From: Candidatus Beckwithbacteria bacterium
GTDB taxonomy: Bacteria > Patescibacteriota > Microgenomatia > UBA1400 > CG1-02-47-37
DNA: 39,082 nt
Direction: 5' to 3'
Assembly (NCBI GenBank): GCA_043826085.1
Contig: JBDRQW010000110.1
Span: forward strand, 1-39,082
A program made the position numbers and the translations under genes. The notes beneath the pieces were generated by a model that saw only the letters and a program-made list of their open reading frames with translations, was not told the DNA's origin and ran no database searches. Positions 23,681 to 31,016 of the stretch are shown here, piece after piece (position 1 is the first letter of the stretch; every line of letters starts with the position of its first letter).

Positions 23681-24568
23681 ATGATGATTTTTTCAGGTTC
23701 TTCAAATATATTGTTGGCCAAGAGCTTAAGTAAGGTTAGCGGTTTTAAGTTGGGGAAGATAGAGCTGTCAAGGTTTGCAAATGACGAGTCCAGGGTGTGG
23801 GTGAGAGAAAAATTAGATAATAAACAAGCGATGGTCGTCCAGTCATTATCATCTCCGACTGATCATAATTTGGTGGAGTTTTGTTTGATTTGTGATGCTT
23901 TAATCAGAATGGGGGTTAAGGAAATTACGGCGGTGATTCCCTGGTTGGGTTATAGCAAGCAAGATAAAGTGTTTAGAGAGGGTGAGCCTTTAAGTGTAAA
24001 AGTAATAGCCAAGATGTTACAGACAGTTCCTTTAGAAAAAATTATTACTTTTGATTTGCATAACTTATCTATTTTGGGATTTTTTGAAGTGCCGGTAATT
24101 AATTTGTCAGCTAGGGGATTACTGGAAGATTATTTTTTAAAGACAATTACTAAAGATACAATTGTAGTGGCTCCGGATGCGGGAGCCATTAAGTCGTCGA
24201 CTGCTTTTGCTCACAAGTTGGGCATAGATGTAGTTTATGTGGATAAAAAAAGAGATTTAAAAACAGGCAAGGTGAAAATTTTTGGGATTAGTGGGCAAGT
24301 AAAAAATAAGCAAGCGATTATTATTGATGATATGATAGCTACCGGTGGTACTTTGATAAAAACGGCTGATTTTTTAAAGAAAAAAGGAGCTTGTTCAATT
24401 AAAGTGGGAGCGACTCATCATTTGTATGTTGGGGGGGTTCAGGAAAAGCTGGATAAAAGTGTGATTGATGAAGTAGTGGTGACGGATACGGTAGAACCGA
24501 GGCTAAAGTCGAGCAAGTTAAAAGTTTTGAGTGTTGCCGAAATGATAGTGAAGGAAATTGGTGGTTAA
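23681..24568 (+). CDS. prs: Ribose-phosphate pyrophosphokinase
   Basis: RFANDESRV, the GYSKQDK-like LGYSKQDKV, and the PRPP loop IIIDDMIATGGT. Confidence 0.9.
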   Translation: MMIFSGSSNILLAKSLSKVSGFKLGKIELSRFANDESRVWVREKLDNKQAMVVQSLSSPTDHNLVEFCLICDALIRMGVKEITAVIPWLGYSKQDKVFREGEPLSVKVIAKMLQTVPLEKIITFDLHNLSILGFFEVPVINLSARGLLEDYFLKTITKDTIVVAPDAGAIKSSTAFAHKLGIDVVYVDKKRDLKTGKVKIFGISGQVKNKQAIIIDDMIATGGTLIKTADFLKKKGACSIKVGATHHLYVGGVQEKLDKSVIDEVVVTDTVEPRLKSSKLKVLSVAEMIVKEIGG

Positions 24569-24570
24569 AT

Positions 24571-24593
24571 ATTCCAAGTTCCGATCTTGGAAT
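24571..24593. repeat. Family D REP-like palindrome ATTCCAAG-TTCCGAT-CTTGGAAT
   Basis: 8-bp arms with a 7-nt loop, located between the prs stop codon and the RAYT-like stop codon. Confidence 0.85.
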
Positions 24594-25217
24594 TTAGTCT
24601 ATAATTAATGATTTAATTTTTTCGATATTTGCTTCTGAAATAGGTGAGTTGAAGAATTGATAATAATTATCAACCTTTTCAGTAATATATTGGGGATAAA
24701 GCCAGTTTAGTGTCTTTGTTGCTTTTAAAAAGATAGAAAGAGAAGAGTGAGTGGTTTGGTGTTTGTGAATATATTTGGAAAGATAAATGAGTTGTTCTGA
24801 AGAATCTACAGTGACACATTTAAATTTTCCTTCGAATAGTGAACCGGTATGTTTGTACTTATTTCGAAAATGAATTGAGTAGGCAACGATTAAACGTCTT
24901 ATTAAGTTAGAGATATTAGTTTTTTCGGTGGCTGTTGGTAGTTGTTTTAGAAGTAGGTGATAATGGTTGGGCATTTGACAATAAGCCACTAAATGGACTG
25001 TAGGCTCTTTTTCCAAGTTCCGATCTTGGAATTTATTGACCTTTTTTTGGTAGGCAAAATGTCTGGTTCTTGGGAACTTTAGATAATAGGCGAGAATTTC
25101 AGTAAAAATATGATAGTCTTCTTTATCTTTATAAATCTTGTGCCTATAAGAGCCACGATTAAAAACATGATAGAAATGTTGAGGCTTAAAGTTTCGGGTG
25201 TAATATTTGCTGGGCAT
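24594..25217 (-). CDS. IS200/IS605-type Y1 (HUH) transposase-like protein, RAYT-like
   Basis: YHVFNRGSYRHKIY, YCQMPNHYHLLL, TGSLFEGKFK and LSKYIHKH. It is a paralog of the ORF at 15474-16130. Confidence 0.65.
   Translation of the reverse strand: MPSKYYTRNFKPQHFYHVFNRGSYRHKIYKDKEDYHIFTEILAYYLKFPRTRHFAYQKKVNKFQDRNLEKEPTVHLVAYCQMPNHYHLLLKQLPTATEKTNISNLIRRLIVAYSIHFRNKYKHTGSLFEGKFKCVTVDSSEQLIYLSKYIHKHQTTHSSLSIFLKATKTLNWLYPQYITEKVDNYYQFFNSPISEANIEKIKSLIID
25010..25032. repeat. Family D palindrome copy inside the RAYT-like ORF
   Basis: TTTCCAAGTTCCGATCTTGGAAT matches 22 of 23 positions and is translated in frame as FQDRNLE. Confidence 0.8.
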
Positions 25218-25250
25218 TGATTATTAATATATCATATTATAAATATAAAT

Positions 25251-25273
25251 ATTCCAAGATCGGAACTTGGAAT
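25251..25273. repeat. Family D palindrome, inverted orientation (ATTCCAAGATCGGAACTTGGAAT)
   Basis: Exact reverse complement of the 24571-24593 copy. Confidence 0.85.
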
Positions 25274-25274
25274 A

Positions 25275-25328
25275 TTGACAGTTTGCATTATTTTGTTATA
25301 GAATAATGTAAATATAAATTACATTATT
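25275..25328 (+). promoter_or_regulatory. Promoter TTGACA-16-TGtTATAGA plus 10-bp inverted repeat operator AATAATGTAA/TTACATTATT
   Basis: TTGACA at 25275-25280, TG plus TATAGA at 25294-25302, and the inverted repeat at 25302-25311/25319-25328, directly before the antitoxin ATG at 25330. Confidence 0.45.
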
Positions 25329-25329
25329 T

Positions 25330-25572
25330 ATGCAACAAATAGTTTCTATTACCAGTCAGGGCCAAGTAACTATTCCGGTGTCAGTGAGGAGGGCTTTTGG
25401 GATCAAGGGATCGGCAAAAGCATCTTTAAGAAAAAGAGGAGAAGAAATAGTGATAAAACCTGAAAAAGATTTTTGGAGTTTATCTGGGGGAATGAAATCA
25501 AAAATTAAACTAACAGATAAGCAGTTAAGAGATGCCAGAAAAGCTTTTGAAACTGATTGGGCTGAAGAATGA
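25330..25572 (+). CDS. AbrB/SpoVT-family antitoxin (VapB-like)
   Basis: QVTIPVSVRRAFGIK is a swapped-hairpin AbrB motif. There is a 4-nt overlap with the PIN gene. Confidence 0.7.
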   Translation: MQQIVSITSQGQVTIPVSVRRAFGIKGSAKASLRKRGEEIVIKPEKDFWSLSGGMKSKIKLTDKQLRDARKAFETDWAEE

Positions 25573-25949
25573 GAGAGGAATTATTAGATACTAATATTAT
25601 AACTAGATTTTTTATTGGAGATGTAAAAGCTCAACATAACAAGGCTGAGGAAATATTTAGAGAAGCAAAGTTGGGAAGAAGAAATTTAAGATTAGAATCT
25701 TTAGTGGTAGCTGAAGTTTGTTTTGTTCTTGAATCTTTTTACAAGAGAGAGAGACAAGAGATTGCCCAGTTTTTAAGTGTTTTTTCTAGTCAAGGGTGGT
25801 TAAGGGTAAGAGATAAAAATATTATTCAAGCTAGTTGGCAATGGTATCTAAAAGGTTTTCATTTTGTGGATAGTTACTTGATTGCTTGGAGCAAGGTCAA
25901 TAAAGGGAAAATATTAACTTTTGATAAGAAATTGAGTAAAATGGCTTGA
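25569..25949 (+). CDS. PIN-domain toxin (VapC-like)
   Basis: LLDTNIITRFF (first acidic residue), VVAEV and FVDSYL, with a size typical of VapC. Confidence 0.75.
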   Translation: MREELLDTNIITRFFIGDVKAQHNKAEEIFREAKLGRRNLRLESLVVAEVCFVLESFYKRERQEIAQFLSVFSSQGWLRVRDKNIIQASWQWYLKGFHFVDSYLIAWSKVNKGKILTFDKKLSKMA

Positions 25950-26044
25950 AAATTTACCGTCAAGCGTGTATAGTAACTGAGATTACGCGCACCTACTAAC
26001 CTTCCTGATTAAAAAGTAGGTGGAGGAAAAAGGAGGGTACAGAT

Positions 26045-26791
26045 ATGGCAAAAATAAAAAAGAAAATAGAAAAAGTAAAGAAAGAAAAGAAGTTAGTATC
26101 CGGCTACGAGGTATCTTTAAAAGATTTGCTTGAAGCCGGTTGTCATTTTGGGCATCAAGCCAGGCGTTGGAATCCAAAGATGGATGAGTATATTTTTGTT
26201 AAGCGCGAAGGGGTGCATATTTTTGATTTGGAGATTACCGCCAGAAAACTGGAAGAAGCGATGAATTTTGTTCGGGATTTGGTAAAAGACGGCAAAGAGA
26301 TTATTTTTATTGGTACCAAGCGCCAAGCCAGTTCGATTATAAAAGAAGAAGCCGAGAAGTGTGGAGCTCCTTATGTGGCCAATAGGTGGCTTGGTGGAAC
26401 GATTACCAATTGGGATCAAATTAAAAGTAGAATTGATTTGTTAAAAGATTTAAGTGAAAAAAAGGAAAAAGGAGAGTTTAAAAAGTACACTAAAAAAGAA
26501 AATGTTTTGATTGATAGAGATATTGCCAGATTAAGTAGATTTTTGGGTGGTTTAAAGAATCTTAGTAAAATTCCTGAAGCGGTTTTTGTGATTGACGTAA
26601 AAAAGGAGCATGCTGTTATTAAAGAAGGCAAGATAAAAAACGTTAAGGTCGTCGGAGTGGTGGATACAAATTCAGACCCAGATAATATTGATTTTATAAT
26701 TCCTGTTAATGATGATGCGGTTAGCTCGATTACTTTGATAGTTTCTAAAATAGCTAAAGCTTATAGCGATGGTAAGAATTTAAGAAAATAG
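26045..26791 (+). CDS. rpsB: 30S ribosomal protein S2
   Basis: LLEAGCHFGHQARRWNPKM and a strong AAGGAGG RBS upstream. Confidence 0.95.
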   Translation: MAKIKKKIEKVKKEKKLVSGYEVSLKDLLEAGCHFGHQARRWNPKMDEYIFVKREGVHIFDLEITARKLEEAMNFVRDLVKDGKEIIFIGTKRQASSIIKEEAEKCGAPYVANRWLGGTITNWDQIKSRIDLLKDLSEKKEKGEFKKYTKKENVLIDRDIARLSRFLGGLKNLSKIPEAVFVIDVKKEHAVIKEGKIKNVKVVGVVDTNSDPDNIDFIIPVNDDAVSSITLIVSKIAKAYSDGKNLRK

Positions 26792-26795
26792 GAGT

Positions 26796-27251
26796 ATGTC
26801 AAAAATCAGTTTACAAGAAGTTAAAAAATTAAGAAAAGAAACCGGGTTGGGAATTATGGAGGTTAAAAAGGCTTTAACTCAAGCTAAAGGTGATGTTAGA
26901 AAAGCTAAAGAGTTACTGAAAAAAAGCGGTCTAGAGAAATTAGCCAAGAGGGGTAATAAAGAAACCGGCGAGGGTAAAGTTTATGCTTATGTTCATGCCG
27001 GCGGGGCTGTGGGGGCTTTGGTTAAAGTTTTGTGCGAGACTGATTTTGTAGCTAATAGTGATGGTTTTGTTAATTTATGCAAAGAATTGGCTATGCAAGT
27101 AGCTAGTATGAAGCCAAAAAATGTAAAAGAATTGCTGGCTCAAAAATATATTCGAAATCCAAAAAAATCAATTAAAGATTTAGTGGAAGAAGCAGGGATT
27201 ACTTTTAAGGAAAAAATAGTGATTGGTGATATTGCCCGATTAGAGTTTTAG
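26796..27251 (+). CDS. tsf: Elongation factor Ts (short, 151 aa)
   Basis: UBA-like N-terminus VKKLRKETGLGIMEVKKAL and the core LCETDFVA. Confidence 0.85.
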   Translation: MSKISLQEVKKLRKETGLGIMEVKKALTQAKGDVRKAKELLKKSGLEKLAKRGNKETGEGKVYAYVHAGGAVGALVKVLCETDFVANSDGFVNLCKELAMQVASMKPKNVKELLAQKYIRNPKKSIKDLVEEAGITFKEKIVIGDIARLEF

Positions 27252-27266
27252 TGTTAGACTTTTATT

Positions 27267-27827
27267 ATGGATGAGGTTTTGTTTACAAGGGCGAATATAA
27301 AAATGGATGGGGTAGTGGATTTAGTTTTTAAGGATTTAGCTAATGTTCAGACCGGAAGAGCCAAGCCGGCTATGGTAGAGGACGTAAAAGTTGAGGCCTA
27401 CGAGGGTTCTTTTATGAGCCTTAAAGAGTTGGCCTCAATTTCTGCCAGTGATTCGCAGAGTATTGTTATTAAACCTTGGGATCCGTCAGTGATTAAAAAA
27501 ATTGAAGAGGCGATTTTTAAGAGTGAACTTAATTTAAGTCCTGTTGTTGACGGTGAGGTGATTAGAATTAATATTCCGTCACTTAATGAAGAGAGAAGAA
27601 TAGAGTTGACTAAGATTATTAAGCAAAAGATAGAAGCCGGCAAAGCAATGCTTAGGCAAGTAAGAATTGAGGTTAAAAAAGATATTGATAATCAAAAAGA
27701 TCAAGCCGGTGTGTCTGAAGATGATGTTCACGATATGCAAGAGCGATTACAAAAATTAATAGATGATTACAACAAGAAACTGGATGAAATGGAAAGTGTT
27801 AAAGAAAAAGAGCTAATGACGCTGTAG
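27267..27827 (+). CDS. frr: Ribosome recycling factor
   Basis: VQTGRAKPAMVEDVKV, IKPWDPS and IPSLNEERRIEL are RRF motifs. Confidence 0.9.
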   Translation: MDEVLFTRANIKMDGVVDLVFKDLANVQTGRAKPAMVEDVKVEAYEGSFMSLKELASISASDSQSIVIKPWDPSVIKKIEEAIFKSELNLSPVVDGEVIRINIPSLNEERRIELTKIIKQKIEAGKAMLRQVRIEVKKDIDNQKDQAGVSEDDVHDMQERLQKLIDDYNKKLDEMESVKEKELMTL

Positions 27828-27839
27828 GTATCCTACAGT
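27823..27839 (+). terminator. Hairpin CTGTAGG-TAT-CCTACAG overlapping the frr stop codon (no T-tract)
   Basis: 7-bp perfect stem, followed by a second imperfect hairpin (CTACAGTAAGGTT/AACCTTCATGTAG). Confidence 0.3.
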
Positions 27840-27916
27840 AAGGTTACGAACCTTCATGTAGAAAATCATTGTTTAGTCATTGACTATTTAATGAATTTGG
27901 ACTAAATTAAAAGTAT

Positions 27917-28186
27917 ATGACTAAATTACAGATAACTTTGACTAATCAGGAGGCTTTATTGCTTGGTTATGGGGCTTCAAATTTAGGGTATTCTTTGACT
28001 AGATTTGTTAAGTTTGTTCTTGGACAGAAAGCAGTTGAATGCGATCATGAAGTTCCTACTTTTAAAATGAGTAAAAAGACAGAAAAAAATGTTGAAGAGG
28101 CCATGAATGATTATAAGGCAGGCAGGACTGTGAGTGTCGATATTGATAAATTAGGCGAGTATTTTGAAAATGATAAAAAAAATTGA
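27917..28186 (+). CDS. Putative antitoxin (RHH-like) of a RelE/ParE-type pair
   Basis: Small ORF that overlaps the downstream toxin-like ORF. TTGACT at 27881-27886 and TAAATT at 27903-27908 lie upstream. Confidence 0.45.
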   Translation: MTKLQITLTNQEALLLGYGASNLGYSLTRFVKFVLGQKAVECDHEVPTFKMSKKTEKNVEEAMNDYKAGRTVSVDIDKLGEYFENDKKN

Positions 28187-28439
28187 ACTAAATGGTCGTT
28201 GTGAAAGAAAGCTAGCAAAAATTTATAAAAAAGATAAAAGATTATTTGGGAAAATTGAAGAGACTTTTAAGTTGTTTAAAGAAAACCCGGAATATTCCAG
28301 CTTGAAACTTCATAAGATTGGTGGAAAAAAATATCAGATTTGGAGCATATTTGTAAAAAAAGATTTTAGAATTTTATTTGAGTATGTGAAGAATGGAATA
28401 TTGGTGACTGACATTGGTAGCCATGATGAGGTATATTAG
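28170..28439 (+). CDS. RelE/ParE-superfamily toxin-like protein
   Basis: YSSLKLHKIGGKKYQIWSIFVKKDFRILFEYVKNGILVTDIGSHDEVY fits the RelE/StbE C-terminal pattern. I chose the ATG at 28170; the track start at 28164 is a TTG. Confidence 0.55.
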   Translation: MIKKIELNGRCERKLAKIYKKDKRLFGKIEETFKLFKENPEYSSLKLHKIGGKKYQIWSIFVKKDFRILFEYVKNGILVTDIGSHDEVY

Positions 28440-28449
28440 ATAATAGTTT

Positions 28450-29499
28450 ATGACATCAATAATTTCCTTTATTATTATTCTTTCAATTTTAGTCCTGGTT
28501 CATGAGTTGGGTCATTTCTTTGTGGCCAAAAAATTCGGGATAAAAATAGAAGAGTTTGGGTTTGGATACCCGCCAAGAATTTGGGGGAAGAAAATCGGGG
28601 AGACTATATATAGTCTTAATTGGTTGCCGTTTGGCGGGTTTGTGAGGATGCTGGGGGAAGACTCCAGCGGACAAGTGAATAATAAGAAAGATTTAAAAAG
28701 AGCTTTTTTTAATCAAACTAAAAAAGTTAGGATAGCGGTTTTGATGGCTGGGGTGGTGATGAATTTTTTATTGGGAGTAGTTTTATTTGGAGTGATTTAC
28801 ACTAAAATTGGGATTCCGGAACAAGTAGATTATTTAGTGGTGACTAATGTGGTAGAAGGGTCACCGGCTTATAAGGCCGGATTAAAAATTAACGATAAGA
28901 TTGTTAATGTGGGTAGCATGAGTGAGTTTATAAATAGTGTTAGTGCTCATGGCGGGGAAGATTATGAGTTAGAACTTTTAGACGGAAGAAAGTTAGTGGT
29001 GGTGCCAAGAATTAAAGAAGAAACACCGGAAGGTCAAGGGTCTTTAGGGGTGGCGATTACCAATGTGGATATGGTGATGTATCCGTATTGGCAGAGGCCG
29101 TTTAGGGGAATGCTAACCGGGCTAAAAGAAGCAATAGCGTGGGGTAAAGATATTTTTGAGTCACTTTCTTTGATGATAGTTAAATTGTTTAAAGGAGATG
29201 TGCCTCAAGATGTGGCCGGAGTGGTGGGGATTTACCAAATTAGTAAAAATGTATCGAGTCAAGGTTTAATAGCTGTTTTACAGTTTATGGCCATATTATC
29301 GATTAATTTGTCGATATTAAATTTACTGCCGATTCCGGCTTTGGATGGGGGACGGTTATTGTTTATTGCCATTGAAGCGGTGATGAAAAAAAGAATAAAG
29401 CCTCAAGTAGAGCAAGTAATTCACTTAGTTGGCATGGCTTTGTTATTAGCTTTAATGGTGCTGGTTACGATTGGTGATGTGAAGAGGTTGATTGGGTAA
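28450..29499 (+). CDS. rseP: RIP metalloprotease RseP (M50 with PDZ domain)
   Basis: HELGHFFVAK, a PDZ segment (GSPAYKAGLKINDKIV) and NLLPIPALDGG. Confidence 0.85.
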   Translation: MTSIISFIIILSILVLVHELGHFFVAKKFGIKIEEFGFGYPPRIWGKKIGETIYSLNWLPFGGFVRMLGEDSSGQVNNKKDLKRAFFNQTKKVRIAVLMAGVVMNFLLGVVLFGVIYTKIGIPEQVDYLVVTNVVEGSPAYKAGLKINDKIVNVGSMSEFINSVSAHGGEDYELELLDGRKLVVVPRIKEETPEGQGSLGVAITNVDMVMYPYWQRPFRGMLTGLKEAIAWGKDIFESLSLMIVKLFKGDVPQDVAGVVGIYQISKNVSSQGLIAVLQFMAILSINLSILNLLPIPALDGGRLLFIAIEAVMKKRIKPQVEQVIHLVGMALLLALMVLVTIGDVKRLIG

Positions 29500-29502
29500 A
29501 AT

Positions 29503-29539
29503 TTGACATTTGTATTAAAAAGTGGTAGTATTACTACCA
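29503..29539 (+). promoter_or_regulatory. Promoter TTGACA-17-TAGTAT with an overlapping 17-bp palindrome TGGTAGTATTACTACCA
   Basis: TTGACA at 29503-29508, TAGTAT at 29526-29531 and the palindrome at 29523-29539, just upstream of the AbiEi ATG at 29545. This is a candidate autoregulatory operator. Confidence 0.5.
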
Positions 29540-29544
29540 GTAAT

Positions 29545-30135
29545 ATGAATAAATTGGCTGAATTGCAAAAAACCAGAAGAAGAGTATTTACTGCTCAGGA
29601 TTTAGGTGTTTTATGGAACTATAAAGATTCAAGAAAGTTGTATGAATTAATAAAGTATTATGTTAATAATAAACAGATATATAGATTGTCAAAAGGATTG
29701 TATAGTTTAGATGAGTATGATAAAGACAGCTTGAGCTTAGATAGTAATTTGTTGTTTGAGGTAGCCAATAAATTGGTAAGAAATTCATATATTTCTTTAT
29801 TTACTGCTTTGAAATTTTATGGAGTGGTATTTCAGTATTATGGCGAGATATATTCTGTATCAAACAAGCCGGCGGTAAAATCGATAAAAGGGATACGATT
29901 TGTTTATAAAAAAATTAAGGATGATGTTTTGTTTAATGATATTGGGATTATTAAAAAGGGTTTAGCGAGAATCGCAGGGGTAGAAAGATCTATTTGTGAT
30001 AGTTTATATTTTTTCCCTAAATTAGGTTTGGAGCATGTTGAGAGAGTGAAAAAAGATAAAATAATGAAAGTGGTGGAGATTTACAATAATCAAGAGTTAA
30101 AAAAAAGAGTTAAAAAGTTAATGGAAGGAAAATAA
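29545..30135 (+). CDS. AbiEi-family antitoxin (winged-helix)
   Basis: VFTAQDLGVL...IYRLSKGLYSL wHTH pattern, with a 1-nt overlap with the AbiEii gene. The track start at 29503 is the TTG of the -35 box. Confidence 0.6.
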   Translation: MNKLAELQKTRRRVFTAQDLGVLWNYKDSRKLYELIKYYVNNKQIYRLSKGLYSLDEYDKDSLSLDSNLLFEVANKLVRNSYISLFTALKFYGVVFQYYGEIYSVSNKPAVKSIKGIRFVYKKIKDDVLFNDIGIIKKGLARIAGVERSICDSLYFFPKLGLEHVERVKKDKIMKVVEIYNNQELKKRVKKLMEGK

Positions 30136-30824
30136 TGTTAAATCTTGGTAAACATAAGCAAGTTTTAAGTAAGATTTTAATTAATTTAGTTGAAGAAAAA
30201 AGTGTTGTTTCAAGCTTAGGGTTTAAAGGAGGAACCGCTTTGTTCTTATTTTATGGTTTAGATAGATTTTCAACTGACCTGGATTTTGATTTGATTCAAG
30301 GTAAGCGTGGTAGCGGTAGTTTAGACATAGAATTAATTAATAAAGCAATAGAAAAGAATTTGAAAGTTATTGATAAGAGGGAAAAAAGAAATACATTGTT
30401 TTGGGTGGGAAGTTATCAAAAAGGTATGCAAAAAGTAAAAGTAGAGATTAATTTAAGAAAATTTCCAAATAAATATGAAGTTAAAAATTTTCGCGGTTAC
30501 TCAGTTTTGGTAATGAAACCCGAGTTTATGCTTGCTCATAAATTATGTGCGGTTTTAGATAGGAAGAATTTACAAAATCGTGATTTGTATGATGTATGGT
30601 TTATGTTTGAAAAAGATTTTTTGATTAATAAAGAAATAATAAAATTAAGAACAGGACAAACAGTTAAAGAATATTTTAAAAGTTTATTAAAGTTAGTTAA
30701 TAGTTTAGCTAGGGATTATGATATTTTGAATGGGTTGGGAGAAGTGCTGAGTGAGCCAAAAAAGGATTGGGTTAAGTCTAAGCTGTTGAGTGAATTAAGA
30801 GCTCAACTGTCAAGTAGGTTATAG
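30135..30824 (+). CDS. AbiEii/AbiGii-family nucleotidyltransferase toxin (DUF1814)
   Basis: GFKGGTALFLFYGLDRFSTDLDFD is the family's N-terminal NTase motif. Confidence 0.8.
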   Translation: MLNLGKHKQVLSKILINLVEEKSVVSSLGFKGGTALFLFYGLDRFSTDLDFDLIQGKRGSGSLDIELINKAIEKNLKVIDKREKRNTLFWVGSYQKGMQKVKVEINLRKFPNKYEVKNFRGYSVLVMKPEFMLAHKLCAVLDRKNLQNRDLYDVWFMFEKDFLINKEIIKLRTGQTVKEYFKSLLKLVNSLARDYDILNGLGEVLSEPKKDWVKSKLLSELRAQLSSRL

Positions 30825-30837
30825 ATTCTTTGATAAT

Positions 30838-30857
30838 ATTCCGATCCGGAGCGGAAT
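30838..30857. repeat. Family F variant palindrome ATTCCGATCCGGAGCGGAAT
   Basis: Lies 13 nt after the AbiEii stop codon. It shares the TCCGGA centre and ATT/AAT ends with family F. Confidence 0.7.
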
Positions 30858-30934
30858 AAGATTTTTAGGTTGAAGAAGACCCGTTTGTTTATGAGATTAA
30901 TAAAACGGGTGTAGCGAATTTAATTAGGAAACAG
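30858..30934 (+). pseudogene. Relic 3-prime end of a nucleotidyltransferase gene (paralog of 32069-32392)
   Basis: 30858-30956 aligns with 32329-32425. The relic reads DF*VEEDPFVYEINKTGVANL against the intact KDFKVEEDPFAYEINKTGVVI*. It has no upstream ORF and contains an in-frame stop. Confidence 0.65.
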
Positions 30935-30956
30935 ATTACCACTCCGGAGTGGTAAT
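30935..30956. repeat. Family F palindrome ATTACCACTCCGGAGTGGTAAT
   Basis: Perfect 22-bp palindrome, copy 1. Confidence 0.9.
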
Positions 30957-30959
30957 AAT

Positions 30960-30981
30960 ATTACCGTTCCGGAACGGTAAT
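30960..30981. repeat. Family F variant ATTACCGTTCCGGAACGGTAAT
   Basis: Perfect 22-bp palindrome in tandem with copy 1, with compensatory changes in both arms. Confidence 0.9.
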
Positions 30982-31001
30982 GTGAGGGATGTAGGGTTTC
31001 G

Positions 31002-31010
31002 TGCTATAAT
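31002..31010 (+). promoter_or_regulatory. Extended -10 TGcTATAAT, 7 nt before the mntA ATG
   Basis: The hexamer is at 31005-31010 and the ATG at 31017. The same GTTTCGTGCTATAATT box recurs at 31683-31698. Confidence 0.55.
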
Positions 31011-31016
31011 TTACTC

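Larger units (their letters stand above)
24571..25273 (-). mobile_element. RAYT-like gene bracketed by inverted 23-bp REP-like palindromes
   Basis: ATTCCAAGTTCCGATCTTGGAAT at 24571-24593 abuts the stop codon, and its reverse complement lies at 25251-25273, 33 nt upstream of the start. A third copy sits inside the ORF. Confidence 0.6.

Noticed and set aside
25983-26044. I considered whether the hairpin CACCTAC...GTAGGTG upstream of rpsB is an S2 autoregulatory leader.
   Set aside because: There is a single short stem with a long loop, and I cannot match it to the known rpsB leader pseudoknot from sequence alone. I left it unannotated.
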